Shown here: positions 40,101-50,950 of the stretch, piece by piece | Layout: the number at the start of each line of letters is the position of its first letter | Position numbering within the stretch: position 1 is the first letter of the stretch | Assembly (NCBI GenBank): GCA_965237805.1 | Contig: OZ250153.1 | Coordinates: 1-64,000, forward strand | Direction of reading: 5' to 3' | Length of the DNA: 64,000 nucleotides | Source of the DNA: Gammaproteobacteria bacterium | GTDB taxonomy: Bacteria; Pseudomonadota; Gammaproteobacteria; JABABF01 | Notes under the pieces: model-generated | Told to the model about the DNA's origin: nothing | The model's input: only the letters and a program-made list of their open reading frames with translations | Database searches by the model: none | Program-made: the position numbers and the translations under genes

Positions 40101-40400
40101 CAGGATTTCAAGCAGCGCTGAATCGCCTTGAGGCGGCGCAAGCAACCGAGCATACCGATCTAGCAGACCGCGACGAGTATGCGGTTAGCAAGCTGTGGCC
40201 CAATTTTGCTGAGCATCCTGCAGCTAGCCCCCACCGTGACTTGGACCAAGACATCAAAGCGGACACCAATCCGCTCTCACTTGGCACCTGGCGGGGTCGC
40301 TGGCTTCGTCATGGCTAACGGTTCCATATTCACAGCACATTGGCTGAAGGGCCGACACGCAAAAACATTAGCAATCTGTCAGTGCACAACTACGTAGCAC
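40101..40400 (+). pseudogene. hsdM: fragments of type I restriction-modification M subunit
   Basis: RLEAAQATEHTDLADRDEY..W (N-terminal EDRDEY motif) followed after a large deletion by HLAPGGVAGFVMANGS, then a frameshift to EGPTRKNI. Confidence 0.6.
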
Positions 40401-40569
40401 TGGGAGCACAAAAAGCACAGGGCTCTTTTGCCGCTGCACCGATCTTGTGGCAAGATTACAAGCAGTTATTGCAAATCATAGAAGAACACCATGCGACAAG
40501 ATATGGAATCATTAGATCAGAAGTGGAATCGCCTATTTGTAGGCGCTTCGACTGCGCTTGTCCTTGATT

Positions 40570-40772
40570 TATTTAGCGCGTAATAGTGCGCAGGATAGTG
40601 CCGAGCACTAATCAATTTCAAAATATTCTATGAGCACATTTAAAATTTTCTGGTCGGTTCTTTGCCAGCCTTAATCTCAAACACTAATACCGCCAAGCAC
40701 AAATATAGGATCCCTTGTAGCTGTTCTATTTGAATCGCCAAACCCCGTTTCATCAATATAGACTAAATGCAT
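40570..40772 (-). pseudogene. DUF3800-like protein remnant
   Basis: Minus strand MHLVYIDETG...DPIFVLGGISV*D*GW, in-frame stops at 40677-40679 and 40671-40673. Confidence 0.55.
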
Positions 40773-40900
40773 CACGCTATGTTCTCATATTGTTGGCTAG
40801 GTCTAGCTGTTACTGAGCACATCAATGCCCTCATATTCTCGTTGCCTGACCGGTGCGCCAACCTAAAGGAACTGTACGCAACACCACTCCCACACCCTCC

Positions 40901-40976
40901 TGGCTCCGCCTGCTGGGCTCGAACCAGCGACCCGATGATTAACAGTCATCTGCTCTACCAACTGAGCTAAGGCGGA
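40901..40976 (-). tRNA. tRNA-Asn(GUU)
   Basis: Reverse complement TCCGCCTTAGCTCAG...ATGA-CTGTTAA-TCAT...GGCGGAGCCA. Confidence 0.96.
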
Positions 40977-40984
40977 ACTCCTTC

Positions 40985-41013
40985 ATGGTAGGATAATCGG
41001 CTGTAGAGGTCAA
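40985..41013 (-). promoter_or_regulatory. putative sigma70 promoter of tRNA-Asn
   Basis: Minus strand TTGACC-17 nt-TACCAT just upstream of the tRNA. Confidence 0.6.
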
Positions 41014-41025
41014 TCTTCACGTGGC

Positions 41026-43086
41026 ATGGCCCGTTCTTTTGTCCTCAAATCGGACTTCCATCCCGCTGGTGACCAGCCGCAGGCCATTCAAGGCTTGACA
41101 CAGGGTCTGGGCGACGGTCTGCAGACCCAATTGCTACTCGGGGTCACCGGCTCTGGCAAGACTTTTACCATCGCGCATGTGATCAGCGAGCTGCAACGCC
41201 CGACACTGATCATGGCACCGAATAAGACGCTGGCCGCGCAGCTCTACGGCGAGTTTCGCGAGCTGTTTCCGCGCAATGCAGTGGAATATTTCGTCTCCTA
41301 TTACGACTATTACCAGCCGGAAGCCTATATGCCAGCCACCGATACCTATATCGAAAAAGATGCCTCGATCAACGCCCATATCGAGCAGATGCGTCTGTCG
41401 GCCACCAAGGCGCTGCTGGAGCGTCGCGATACGGTGGTGATCGCCACGGTCTCGGCGATCTATGGTCTGGGGGATCCGCAGGCCTATCTCAGCATGATGC
41501 TGCATCTCTCGCGCGGCGAGCAGATCGAGCGCGGCGATATTCTGCGTCGCTTGGCCGAGCTGCAATACACTCGCAATGACTACGATTTCAAGCGCGGTGT
41601 CTACCGCGTGCGCGGCGATGTCATCGATGTCTACCCTGCCGATGAGGAAAAGGAGGCGCTGCGCATCAGTTTGTTCGACAGCGAGGTCGAGTCGCTCGCA
41701 CGCATCGACCCGCTCAGCGCTGAGGTGCTGCGTGAGTTGCCGCGCCTGACGATCTACCCTAAAACCCATTACGCCACGCCGCGCAAGACCTTGGAGCGCA
41801 TGGTCGGGCTGGTGCGGGAGGAGCTCGAGCAGCGGCTGGTGGAGCTGCGCCAAAATGCCAAGCTGCTCGAAGCGCAGCGGCTCGAGCAGCGCACGCGCTT
41901 TGATCTGGAGATGATCAGCGAGCTGGGCTACTGCAGCGGCATTGAGAACTACTCGCGCTATCTCTCCGGGCGTGCCGCTGGCGAGGCACCGCCGACGCTG
42001 TTCGACTATTTGCCGGAGGACGCTTTGCTGGTGGTTGACGAATCGCATGTCGCTGTGCCACAGATCGGCGCGATGTACCGCGGTGACCGTTCGCGCAAGG
42101 AAAAGCTGGTCGAATACGGATTTCGCCTGCCCTCGGCTTTGGACAACCGCCCGCTGCGCTTCGACGAATGGGAGCACAGCGCTCTGCAACGTATCCTGAT
42201 GTCGGCCACGCCGGGTCCCTACGAATACGAGCACGCCGACCAAGTGGTCGAGCAGCTGGTACGCCCCACCGGCATCATCGATCCGCAGATCTTGCTGCGT
42301 CCGGCACGTGATCAGGTTGACGATCTGCTCTCGGAGGTCGGCGAGCGCGCCGCCCGCGGCGAGCGCACACTGGTGACGACGCTGACCAAGCGCATGGCCG
42401 AGGATCTCAGCGAGTATTTGGCCGAGCACGGGGTGCGGGTGCGCTACTTGCACTCGGATATCGAGACGGTGGAGCGAGTCGAGATTTTGCGCGAGCTGCG
42501 GCTGGGCGACTTCGATGTGCTGGTCGGTATCAATCTGCTGCGCGAGGGGCTGGATTTGCCGGAGGTTTCGCTGGTCGCCATCCTTGATGCCGACCGCGAG
42601 GGCTATCTGCGCTCGGCGAGTGCGCTGGTGCAGACCATCGGTCGCGCTGCCCGCCATCTCAACGGCACGGCGATACTCTACGCCGACCAAACCACCAAGT
42701 CGATGCGTCGGGCCATCGACGAGACCGAGCGCCGCCGCGACCACCAACGAGCCTTCAACGCCGAGCACGGCATCCGGCCACAGAACGCACAGCGCAAGAT
42801 CAGCGATGTGATGGAGGCCGCCGGTGCATCCCACAGCAAGCAGGGCACGGGCAAGCGTGGTGCGGCCAAGTCCAAGCGTCCGGGAGAGCTTGGTGTGGAG
42901 CTGAGAGGGCTGTCGGCCAAGGACTTAGGGCGTACCATCAAGCAGCTGGAGAAAGCGATGTACCGCCATGCTGAAAATATGGAATACGAGGAGGCCGCGC
43001 AGTTGCGCGACCAGCTGACGGCGCTGCGCGAGGCGGTCTTCCGCAACGGTGTGGCAATAGGCGATGATGCACGCAAAATACTATAA
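41026..43086 (+). CDS. uvrB: excinuclease ABC subunit B
   Basis: [44 protein letters not shown] domain. Confidence 0.97.
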   Translation: MARSFVLKSDFHPAGDQPQAIQGLTQGLGDGLQTQLLLGVTGSGKTFTIAHVISELQRPTLIMAPNKTLAAQLYGEFRELFPRNAVEYFVSYYDYYQPEAYMPATDTYIEKDASINAHIEQMRLSATKALLERRDTVVIATVSAIYGLGDPQAYLSMMLHLSRGEQIERGDILRRLAELQYTRNDYDFKRGVYRVRGDVIDVYPADEEKEALRISLFDSEVESLARIDPLSAEVLRELPRLTIYPKTHYATPRKTLERMVGLVREELEQRLVELRQNAKLLEAQRLEQRTRFDLEMISELGYCSGIENYSRYLSGRAAGEAPPTLFDYLPEDALLVVDESHVAVPQIGAMYRGDRSRKEKLVEYGFRLPSALDNRPLRFDEWEHSALQRILMSATPGPYEYEHADQVVEQLVRPTGIIDPQILLRPARDQVDDLLSEVGERAARGERTLVTTLTKRMAEDLSEYLAEHGVRVRYLHSDIETVERVEILRELRLGDFDVLVGINLLREGLDLPEVSLVAILDADREGYLRSASALVQTIGRAARHLNGTAILYADQTTKSMRRAIDETERRRDHQRAFNAEHGIRPQNAQRKISDVMEAAGASHSKQGTGKRGAAKSKRPGELGVELRGLSAKDLGRTIKQLEKAMYRHAENMEYEEAAQLRDQLTALREAVFRNGVAIGDDARKIL

Positions 43087-43142
43087 TCGGCAACCGAAGC
43101 GGGTGGCGTGCGCGGCGCGTGGCGCAGCGGTGCTTTGGTTAC

Positions 43143-43220
43143 AGGCGCGTAGCTCAGTTGGTTTAGAGCACCACCTTGACATGGTGGGGGTCGTTGGTTC
43201 GAATCCAATCGCGCCTACCA
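43143..43220 (+). tRNA. tRNA-Val(GAC)
   Basis: Anticodon arm CCACC-TTGACAT-GGTGG; ends CCTACCA. Confidence 0.96.
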
Positions 43221-43250
43221 CTATTTTTCGCGGGCGGGATCAGCGGGCGC

Positions 43251-45179
43251 ATGCCGACAATCTCTCTGCCTGACGGCAGTTCACGCAATTACGAGCAGGC
43301 GATCAGTGCGGCTGAGCTCGCCGCTGACATCGGTCCTGGCTTGGCCAAGGCGGCGCTGGCTGCCGAAGTCGACGGGCGGCTGGTGGATCTCTGCGACCCG
43401 ATCACCGACGATTCCCAGCTGCGCTTGATCACCGCCCGCGATCCCGAGGGCTTGGAGGTCATACGCCACTCCTGTGCCCATCTGCTGGGGCAAGCTGTCA
43501 AGCAGCTGTTTCCCGCAGCGCAGATGGCGATCGGCCCGGTGATCGCACACGGCTTCTACTACGACATCGACTGTGAGCAACGCTTCACGCCGGATGATAT
43601 GGTGCGCATCGGCGAGCGCATGGCCGAGCTGATCGCCCAAGAATACGATGTGGTCAAGCACATGACACCGCGCGCCGAGGCATTGCGCATCTTCGAGGAG
43701 CGCGGCGAGCGCTACAAGTTGCGGCTGATCGAGGAGCTGCCCGATGCCGAGCTGTTGGGGCTGTACCACCATCAGGAATATGTCGATATGTGTCTCGGTC
43801 CCCATGTGCCGAACACCCGTTTTCTAAAGGCCTTCCAGCTGTCGCGGCTGGCTGGTGCCTACTGGCGTGGCGACACCGACAACGCGATGCTGCAACGCAT
43901 CTATGGCACCGCTTGGGGCACTGGCAAGCAGCTGCGCACGCACCTGCATCGTCTTGAGGAGGCCGAAAAGCGCGACCACCGCCGCCTCGGTGCACGCTTG
44001 GAGCTGTTTCACTTCGAGGAAGAGGCCCCCGGTATGGTCTTCTGGCACCAGCGTGGCTGGGTGCTCTACCGCTTGGTCGAAGCCCATATCCGCCATGCGC
44101 TGAACGGGGACTACCACGAGGTGCACACGCCACAGATGCTCGACCGCTCGCTGTGGGAGCGTTCCGGCCACTGGGACAAGTTCGGCGACATGATCTTCGT
44201 CACCAGCTCGGAGAAGCGTGACTACGCTGTCAAGCCGATGAATTGCCCAGCCCATGTACGGCTGTTCCAGCACCAGCTGCGCAGCCACCGCGAGCTGCCC
44301 TATCGCATCGCCGAGTTCGGCGTCGTCCACCGCAACGAGCCTTCTGGCACGCTGCACGGCTTGATGCGGGCGCGCCGCTTCACCCAAGACGATGCCCATA
44401 TCTTCTGTACCCCAGAGCAGCTGGATGCGGAGATCGGTCAGCTGCTACGGTTGGTCTTTGCTATCTACCGTGATTTCGGCTTCGAGCGCGAGGCGGTATC
44501 GCTGGGGCTGTCCACCCGCCCCGAGCAGCGCGTCGGTGACGAGGCGCTGTGGGATCGCGCCGAGGAGGCGCTGGCGGCGGCGTTGCGCGATGCCAGCTTG
44601 GAATTTGCTATTGCGCCGGGGGAGGGGGCCTTCTACGGCCCGAAAATCGATTTCACGCTGCGCGACAGTCTCGACCGTCAGTGGCAGTGCGGCACCATTC
44701 AACTCGACTTCTCAATGCCAGAGCGCCTCGGTGCGCACTATATCGACGAGGGCAGTGCGCGCCGTGCGCCGGTGATGATCCACCGTGCCGTGCTCGGCTC
44801 GCTGGAGCGTTTTATCGGTATTTTGATCGAGCACCACGACGGTGCCTTGCCGCTGTGGCTGGCACCGGTGCAAGCTGTGGTGCTCAACATCAGCGATGCC
44901 AGCGCCGAGCACGCACGCCGGGTAGCCGCCGCCTGCAACGCCGCCGGAGCGCGTGTCGAAACCGATCTCAGCAACGAGAAAATCGGTTTTAAGATCCGCC
45001 GACACAGCATGCAGAAGTTGCCCTATTTGCTGGTGGTCGGGAAGCGCGAGAGCGAGCGCGGCGAGGTGTCGGTGCGCGAGCGTGGCGGCAAAGATCTCGG
45101 CACCATGGCTGTGGCGGACTGTGTGGCCTTGTTCGCTGGTAGCAGTGTTGGCACAACGGGGCGCGACGCGCTAAAATAG
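43251..45179 (+). CDS. thrS: threonine--tRNA ligase
   Basis: [10 protein letters not shown] (TGS), [31 protein letters not shown]. Confidence 0.97.
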   Translation: MPTISLPDGSSRNYEQAISAAELAADIGPGLAKAALAAEVDGRLVDLCDPITDDSQLRLITARDPEGLEVIRHSCAHLLGQAVKQLFPAAQMAIGPVIAHGFYYDIDCEQRFTPDDMVRIGERMAELIAQEYDVVKHMTPRAEALRIFEERGERYKLRLIEELPDAELLGLYHHQEYVDMCLGPHVPNTRFLKAFQLSRLAGAYWRGDTDNAMLQRIYGTAWGTGKQLRTHLHRLEEAEKRDHRRLGARLELFHFEEEAPGMVFWHQRGWVLYRLVEAHIRHALNGDYHEVHTPQMLDRSLWERSGHWDKFGDMIFVTSSEKRDYAVKPMNCPAHVRLFQHQLRSHRELPYRIAEFGVVHRNEPSGTLHGLMRARRFTQDDAHIFCTPEQLDAEIGQLLRLVFAIYRDFGFEREAVSLGLSTRPEQRVGDEALWDRAEEALAAALRDASLEFAIAPGEGAFYGPKIDFTLRDSLDRQWQCGTIQLDFSMPERLGAHYIDEGSARRAPVMIHRAVLGSLERFIGILIEHHDGALPLWLAPVQAVVLNISDASAEHARRVAAACNAAGARVETDLSNEKIGFKIRRHSMQKLPYLLVVGKRESERGEVSVRERGGKDLGTMAVADCVALFAGSSVGTTGRDALK

Positions 45180-45238
45180 GCGCAGATGGACATTTTGGTG
45201 TCTGTTGAAACCAGCACAGCAAAGTAGGAGGTGCAGCG

Positions 45239-46006
45239 ATCAGACCGAGATTGAGGCCAGAAGCCCCCAGCACTGACAGTGATACGCCGCTGAACGAGAA
45301 AATCGCGGCGCACAATGTGCGATTGATCACCCACGATGGTCATAACAAAGGCATTGTGGCGATGGAAGATGCCCTGCGCATGGCGCGCGAGCAGAGCTTG
45401 GATTTGGTGCAGATGACCCAAGATGAAGATCCCGTCGTGTGTCGCATCATGGACTACGGCAAGCACCAGTTTGCAAAGCGCAAGCAGGGTGCTGTCGCAC
45501 GGCGCAACCAGCATCGCATGCAGGTCAAAGAGGTGAAGTTTCGGGTCGCCACCGAGGCGGCCGACTACGAGGTCAAGCTGAAGCGTCTGCTGCTATTTCT
45601 CGGGCATGGCGATAAGGTGAAGATCACCTTGCGCTATCGAGGCCGCGAAATGATGCACCAAGAGCTCGGTTTGCAGATGTTGGAGCGGGTGCGCGACGAC
45701 CTCTCGGAGATCGGGTTTGTCGAGCACGATCCGGAGTTGGAGCGCCGCCAGCTGAGCATGGTGATCGCTCCCTATCGCAAAGGACAGCAAGGACAGAAGC
45801 CGCGATCGGGATCGGACAGCAGCCAAGGTGTAGCGCAAAACAGCGCGCTGAGCGATGGCCAAACGACAGCGTCTGCCACCGCCAACGCCAACAGCCCGCC
45901 GGCTACCGACGGGATACCCGCTACCGATACCGCCACCGCCAACAGCCCGCCGGCTACCGACGGGATACCAGCTACCGATACCGCCACAGACACTGAGCTT
46001 GGATAG
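45239..46006 (+). CDS. infC: translation initiation factor IF-3 with low-complexity C-terminal extension; probable ATC start
   Basis: LNEKI...VRL, CRIMDYGK, VKEVKFR, GDKVK...RGRE; AGGAGGT 6 nt upstream of an in-frame ATC. Confidence 0.92.
   Translation: MRPRLRPEAPSTDSDTPLNEKIAAHNVRLITHDGHNKGIVAMEDALRMAREQSLDLVQMTQDEDPVVCRIMDYGKHQFAKRKQGAVARRNQHRMQVKEVKFRVATEAADYEVKLKRLLLFLGHGDKVKITLRYRGREMMHQELGLQMLERVRDDLSEIGFVEHDPELERRQLSMVIAPYRKGQQGQKPRSGSDSSQGVAQNSALSDGQTTASATANANSPPATDGIPATDTATANSPPATDGIPATDTATDTELG
45887..45988 (+). repeat. 2 x 51-bp tandem repeat encoding ANSPPATDGIPATDTAT
   Basis: Copies at 45887-45937 and 45938-45988 differ at 2 synonymous positions. Confidence 0.92.
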
Positions 46007-46009
46007 ACC

Positions 46010-46207
46010 ATGAGCAACGGAAAACAAAAAACCCACAGCGGTGCCGCCAAACGCTTCCGCAAGACGGCGGGTGGCTATCGCCATCGCAGTGCCAATCGCA
46101 GCCATCTGCTCACCGGCATGGGGCGGCGGCGCAAGCGCCGCTTGCGCGGGCCGAACATGATCAATCGCCACAATCTCAGAGCCGTGCGGCGCATGCTCGG
46201 CGACTGA
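46010..46207 (+). CDS. rpmI: 50S ribosomal protein L35
   Basis: KQKTHSGAAKRF.KT, SHLLT; position after infC. Confidence 0.92.
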   Translation: MSNGKQKTHSGAAKRFRKTAGGYRHRSANRSHLLTGMGRRRKRRLRGPNMINRHNLRAVRRMLGD

Positions 46208-46257
46208 CAGTTCACAGCCACACCAAAGCCCAGTATTAGGATCTAGGATCCCAGCCG

Positions 46258-46614
46258 ATGCCACGCAGCCGCAACTCAGTTCCCGGCCACCGCCGTCACC
46301 GCAAGGTGTTGCGGGCTGCACGCGGTTACCGCGGCGCACGCAGTCGCACTTTCCGCTCCGCCCGCACAGCCCTGCTGCGCGCTGGCAATTATGCCTACCG
46401 CGATCGTCGCCAACGCAAGCGCCAGTTCCGCTCACTGTGGGTGGCGCGCATCAACGCCGCCGCACGCGGCCACGAGCTGCCTTATAGCCGCTTCATGAAC
46501 GGCCTGCGCAAAGCGCAGATAGAGTTGGATCGGCGGGTGCTCGCCGAACTCGCCGTCAACGATAAGGCGGCCTTCGCCTCCTTGGTGGCAACGGCCAAAG
46601 CGGCGCTCGGCTGA
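46258..46614 (+). CDS. rplT: 50S ribosomal protein L20
   Basis: [34 protein letters not shown]. Confidence 0.96.
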   Translation: MPRSRNSVPGHRRHRKVLRAARGYRGARSRTFRSARTALLRAGNYAYRDRRQRKRQFRSLWVARINAAARGHELPYSRFMNGLRKAQIELDRRVLAELAVNDKAAFASLVATAKAALG

Positions 46615-46628
46615 GCCGGGGCATCCCG

Positions 46629-47678
46629 ATGGCTACGCCCGCCGGGCCAGAGGGGTTGGCGCGGCAGCTGGCGGAGATGGAAACGACGTTGCGCGAGGCA
46701 TCTGGGCAGGAGGTGCTGGAGCGGTTGCGCGTCGATTATTTGGGTCGCAACGGTGAGCTGCGTCAGCAGCTGCGTGCACTGGGAGAGCTGCCCCCTGAAC
46801 AGCGGCGTAGTGCCGGTATCTTGTTGAACGATGCGCGCCAGCGTCTCGAGCGCGCATTGGCAACGCGCCGCGATGAGCTGGTCACCGCCGCCGAGGCGGA
46901 GCGCATGGCCAGCGAGCAGGAAGATCTCAGCCTGCCCGGACGCGGCCAGCGCGGTGGCGGCTTGCATCCGGTGACGCTGGTGCTCGAGCGCATCGAAAGC
47001 TTGTTTAGCAGTGTCGGTTTCCGTGTCGCTGAAGGGCCGGAAGTCGAGGATGAAGAGCACAATTTCACCGCGCTGAACCTGCCTCCAGACCACCCGGCGC
47101 GGGCGATGCACGACACTTTTTACCTGCCCGGTGGGCGCTTGTTGCGCACCCATACCTCGCCGGTGCAGGTGCGGGTGCTGCGCAGCGAAGAGCCGCCCCT
47201 GCGCGTGATCTGTCCTGGGCGCGTCTACCGGCGCGACCTAGACATCAGCCACACGCCAGTGTTCCACCAAGTGGAGGGGCTGTGGGTCGACGACAGTGTC
47301 AATTTCAGCGAGCTGCACGGCATCATGATTGATTTCCTGCGTGCTTTCTTCGAGCGCGAGGACTTGCCAATACGCTTCCGCCCCTCCTATTTCCCCTTCA
47401 CCGAGCCCTCGGCCGAGCTCGACATCGGCTGCTTGCTCTGTGGCGGCGGCGGTTGTCGCAGCTGCTCCCACAGCGGCTGGCTCGAGGTTGCCGGTTGTGG
47501 CATGGTGCACCCGGAGGTCTTCGGGCACTCGGGCGTGGACGCTGAGCGCTATAACGGCTTCGCCTTCGGTATGGGGGTCGAGCGCCTCGCCATGCTGCAC
47601 TATGGCATCGGCGATTTGCGGCAACTGTATGAAAACGATTTGCGCTTTTTACGCCAGCTCGCCTGGGGGCTGCAGTGA
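46629..47678 (+). CDS. pheS: phenylalanine--tRNA ligase alpha subunit
   Basis: [36 protein letters not shown]. Confidence 0.97.
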   Translation: MATPAGPEGLARQLAEMETTLREASGQEVLERLRVDYLGRNGELRQQLRALGELPPEQRRSAGILLNDARQRLERALATRRDELVTAAEAERMASEQEDLSLPGRGQRGGGLHPVTLVLERIESLFSSVGFRVAEGPEVEDEEHNFTALNLPPDHPARAMHDTFYLPGGRLLRTHTSPVQVRVLRSEEPPLRVICPGRVYRRDLDISHTPVFHQVEGLWVDDSVNFSELHGIMIDFLRAFFEREDLPIRFRPSYFPFTEPSAELDIGCLLCGGGGCRSCSHSGWLEVAGCGMVHPEVFGHSGVDAERYNGFAFGMGVERLAMLHYGIGDLRQLYENDLRFLRQLAWGLQ

Positions 47679-50083
47679 AGTTCAGTGAGCGTTGGTTGCG
47701 CGACTGGGTCGACCCGCCGGTAGACAGTGCGGAGCTGGCCGAGCAGTTGACGATGGCCGGGCTCGAGTTCGCTACCAGCGAGGCCATCGCCCCGGCCTTC
47801 GATGGTGTGTTGGTGGCCGAAATCACTGCGCTCGAATCCCACAGTGTCCGCCGTGTGCAGCTGTGTCGCTTGCACTGTGGAGAGGGGCGGGCAGATGCGA
47901 CTGTCATCAGCGGGATGCCGGGGCTCGCTGTCGGTCTACGTGTGCCCTATGCGCCACCCGGTGCGCAGCTGCCCGGTGGTGTGATGGAGGCGCGCGAGAT
48001 CGGTGGGGTGCTTTCCGAGGGCATGATCTGCGCGGGCGAAGAGCTGGGGCTCGGTGCCGAGGGACCGCCGCTGCTGCCGTTGCCGGAAGCGGCTCCCGGC
48101 ACACTGTTGGCACAGGCGCTGGCGTTCGACGATCGGCTGATCGAGCTGGAGCTGACGCCGAACCGGGGCGATTGCCTCAGCCTGCTCGGCATCGCCCGCG
48201 AAGTGGCCGCCCGCAATCGCTTGCCGTTGGCTCCAGCGGCGGCTGGCGGAGCGGCGGCGGTGTCAACCAGCTGCGATACGGCGCTGGAGGTGGAACTGCA
48301 GGCACCCGCCGACTGCCCGCTGTTCTGCGGCCGGGTGCTGCTCGACATCGATCTCAGTGCGCACACACCGGCGTGGATGCGCGAACGGCTACGTCGCTCT
48401 GGGATACGCGCCATCGATCCGGTGGTCGATGTCAGCAACTATGTGATGTTGGAGCTGGGGCAGCCCATGCACTGTTATGACTTGGCGCGCTTGCGTGGCC
48501 CGATCTCGGTGCGCCGCGCCCGCCCCGGCGAGGCTTTGCGCCTACTCGATGACAGCGAGCTGGAGCTGAGCGAGGAGGATCTGCTGATCGCTGACAGCGA
48601 GCGACCGCTGGGCTTGGCCGGCATCATGGGTGGTGCCGCCAGCGCCGTCGATCGTAGCAGCCGCAGTGTATTCTTGGAGGCCGCATTTTTCGACCCGCAG
48701 CTGATTGCCACTCGCAGCCGTGCGCGGCAGCTGCAAACCGATGCCTCGCGTCGCTTTGAGCGTCGGGTCGACCCGAATTTGCCGCAACGCGCCATAGAGC
48801 GCGCCACCGCCTTGCTGCTCGATATCGTCGGCGGCAAGCCGGGGCCAGTCACCGTGGCTCGGAGCGCCGAGCAGCTGCCGGTAGCGCCGCAGCTGCGGCT
48901 ACGTTATCAGCGCATCGGGCAGCTACTCGGCGACGCGCCATCGGTGGCAGAAGTCGTCGAACTGCTCGCCAGCATCGGCGTAGTTTTGGAAGAGGAGGAG
49001 GATGGTTGGCTGGCGCGGCCGCCGAGCTGGCGCGGCGATTTGACTCTGGAGGTCGATCTGATTGAGGAGATTGCGCGGTTGCGCGGCTACGACCAGCTGC
49101 CCAAGCGGCGTCCCAGCGCCCCCTGTGCCATCGCCGCTGGCCGTCACAATTGGGTGATGGGTCTGCGTCGGCGCATCGCGGCGCGCGGCTTTTTCGAGGT
49201 GCTCAATTTCAGTATGGCACCAGCTACATGGCAGCGCAGCTTGCACCCAGGGATCGAGGCTGTCGAGCTGTTGCAACCCCTGTCCCAAGAGCTCGGCGAG
49301 CTGCGGCTCAGCCTATGGAGCGGGCTGTTGGCCAACGCCCAGCATAACCAGCGGCGCGGTGAAGGCCGCCTGCGATTGTTCGAGATCGGGCATTGTTTTG
49401 CCCCGGGGGCGGAGGGCGAGGTGCTGGAATCCGAGCGGCTGGGGTTGCTCAGCTGCGGTGCGCGCTGGCCAGAAAACTGGAGTCATGCTGCCGATCGCGC
49501 TGACTGCGATGCCCATGACCTCAAGGGTGAACTCGAGTCCTTGCTGCCCGATGGCGCTGAGGTGGCATGGCGGTTCAGTGCTGGCGACAGTCCGTCGCTA
49601 CATCCGGGTCGCCAAGCGGTGTTGTGCCGTGATGGTGAATTGGTCGGCAGAGTGGGGCAATTGCACCCGGCGATCGTGCGCGAGCTGGAGCTGGACACAG
49701 TTCCCTGCCTCGCCGAGCTGCGGTTGGATGCCTTGGCGGAGCGCTGGCGGCGGGCACCGCTCAGCCCGCCGCTGCGATCGCCAGCACTGTTGCGCGACTT
49801 GGCGCTGGTGGTCCCCGAGGAGATGCCTGCCGCCGATATTGAGCAGCAGCTGCGTTGCGCACTCGGTTCGGACTTGGAGCGTATCGTGCCCTTTGACCTC
49901 TATTGCGGAGCGGGCATCCCCAGTGGGCACAAGAGTTTGGCTTTCCGTTTGGTGATGCGTCGCGCCACCGGATCTTTCAGCGAAGAGGAGGCAAGTGTTA
50001 TACTAAAACGAGTAATAAAGCGGTTGGAAAGCGACCACGGCATCTTTTTACGTGCCGCGCCGGTTGCGATGGACAGTACTTGA
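47675..50083 (+). CDS. pheT: phenylalanine--tRNA ligase beta subunit
   Basis: [41 protein letters not shown]. Confidence 0.96.
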   Translation: MKFSERWLRDWVDPPVDSAELAEQLTMAGLEFATSEAIAPAFDGVLVAEITALESHSVRRVQLCRLHCGEGRADATVISGMPGLAVGLRVPYAPPGAQLPGGVMEAREIGGVLSEGMICAGEELGLGAEGPPLLPLPEAAPGTLLAQALAFDDRLIELELTPNRGDCLSLLGIAREVAARNRLPLAPAAAGGAAAVSTSCDTALEVELQAPADCPLFCGRVLLDIDLSAHTPAWMRERLRRSGIRAIDPVVDVSNYVMLELGQPMHCYDLARLRGPISVRRARPGEALRLLDDSELELSEEDLLIADSERPLGLAGIMGGAASAVDRSSRSVFLEAAFFDPQLIATRSRARQLQTDASRRFERRVDPNLPQRAIERATALLLDIVGGKPGPVTVARSAEQLPVAPQLRLRYQRIGQLLGDAPSVAEVVELLASIGVVLEEEEDGWLARPPSWRGDLTLEVDLIEEIARLRGYDQLPKRRPSAPCAIAAGRHNWVMGLRRRIAARGFFEVLNFSMAPATWQRSLHPGIEAVELLQPLSQELGELRLSLWSGLLANAQHNQRRGEGRLRLFEIGHCFAPGAEGEVLESERLGLLSCGARWPENWSHAADRADCDAHDLKGELESLLPDGAEVAWRFSAGDSPSLHPGRQAVLCRDGELVGRVGQLHPAIVRELELDTVPCLAELRLDALAERWRRAPLSPPLRSPALLRDLALVVPEEMPAADIEQQLRCALGSDLERIVPFDLYCGAGIPSGHKSLAFRLVMRRATGSFSEEEASVILKRVIKRLESDHGIFLRAAPVAMDST
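49976..50004 (+). promoter_or_regulatory. putative internal promoter for ihfA within the 3' end of pheT
   Basis: TTCAGC-17 nt-TATACT with TGn extension in a local AT-rich patch. Confidence 0.45.
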
Positions 50084-50085
50084 AA

Positions 50086-50406
50086 GTGGCAAAACCAGTC
50101 TTGGCAGTCGGTGAAGGCAAGCTGGTGCGCGCCGCTCTCGCCGAGCGATTGCATCGGGAGATCGGATTCAACAAGCGCGAGGCTCGGGATTTGGTTGGCA
50201 GCATCATCGAAGAGGTCTGCGCTGCCCTCGGCGAGGGTGAGGAGGTCAAGCTGAGCGAGCTTGGCCATTTCCGCCTGCATCATTGCAGGCAACGACCCGG
50301 TCGCAACCCGCGTACCGGTGAGCCGGTACCGGTGCCCGCGCACCGTGCCGTCAGCTTCTACCTAGGTCCTAAACTTAAGACCCAGTTGGGTGCCTCCAAT
50401 GGCTAA
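50086..50406 (+). CDS. ihfA: integration host factor alpha
   Basis: GFNKREA..LV, VKLS..G.F, RPGRNPRTGE; follows pheT. Confidence 0.88.
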   Translation: MAKPVLAVGEGKLVRAALAERLHREIGFNKREARDLVGSIIEEVCAALGEGEEVKLSELGHFRLHHCRQRPGRNPRTGEPVPVPAHRAVSFYLGPKLKTQLGASNG

Positions 50407-50782
50407 GACACAGCGTGCGACGGTGCGCCGCGATGTCGCCAAGGTCGATGAGCGTTGGCTCGGCGGCTTGCCCGATAAGCGTTATTTCACCATCAGCGAG
50501 GCTGGCAAGCTGTGCGGTGTGCAACAGCATGTGTTGCGTTATTGGGAAGAGGAATTCCCAATGCTCAGCCCGCAACGGCGCAATAATCGGCGCTACTATC
50601 AGCGGGCGGACTTGATCTTGGTACACCAAATCCAGCAGCTATTGCGCGCAGAGGGTTATACCGTCAGCGGTGCGCGCAACCTGCTCGCCGGTGAGCGCGG
50701 GCGCAACGATAGCTCCTTGCGTCGTGAGTTGTTGCGCGGTCTGATCAAGGATCTTGAAACTCTGCGCACGATGCTCAACTAA
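50399..50782 (+). CDS. MerR family transcriptional regulator
   Basis: LPDKRYFTISE, HVLRYWEEEFP, RRYYQR, GYTVSGAR; conserved after ihfA. Confidence 0.92.
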   Translation: MAKTQRATVRRDVAKVDERWLGGLPDKRYFTISEAGKLCGVQQHVLRYWEEEFPMLSPQRRNNRRYYQRADLILVHQIQQLLRAEGYTVSGARNLLAGERGRNDSSLRRELLRGLIKDLETLRTMLN

Positions 50783-50842
50783 ATCAGATGGTTGCCCCCC
50801 CTTGCCGAGCAAGCTGACTTGTCCGGACGATTGTCGATAAAA

Positions 50843-50919
50843 CGGGGCGTGGCGCAGTCTGGTAGCGCACCACACTGGGGGTGTGGTGGTCGCTGGTTCA
50901 AATCCAGCCGTCCCGACCA
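50843..50919 (+). tRNA. tRNA-Pro(GGG)
   Basis: Anticodon arm CCACA-CTGGGGG-TGTGG; ends CCGACCA. Confidence 0.95.
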
Positions 50920-50950
50920 GCCCGCACCGCTTCGTTTTGCCCTCGGCACC

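Noticed and set aside
40977-41025. LexA (SOS) box upstream of uvrB
   Set aside because: No CTGT-N8-ACAG match; CTGT at 41001 lacks the matching half-site
41134-42834. 566-aa antisense ORF within uvrB (and many similar shadow ORFs)
   Set aside because: It mirrors a conserved gene on the opposite strand, has no recognisable motifs, and is expected from high-GC codon bias
45887-45988. Possible CRISPR-like repeat
   Set aside because: Two contiguous in-frame coding repeats without spacers and no cas genes
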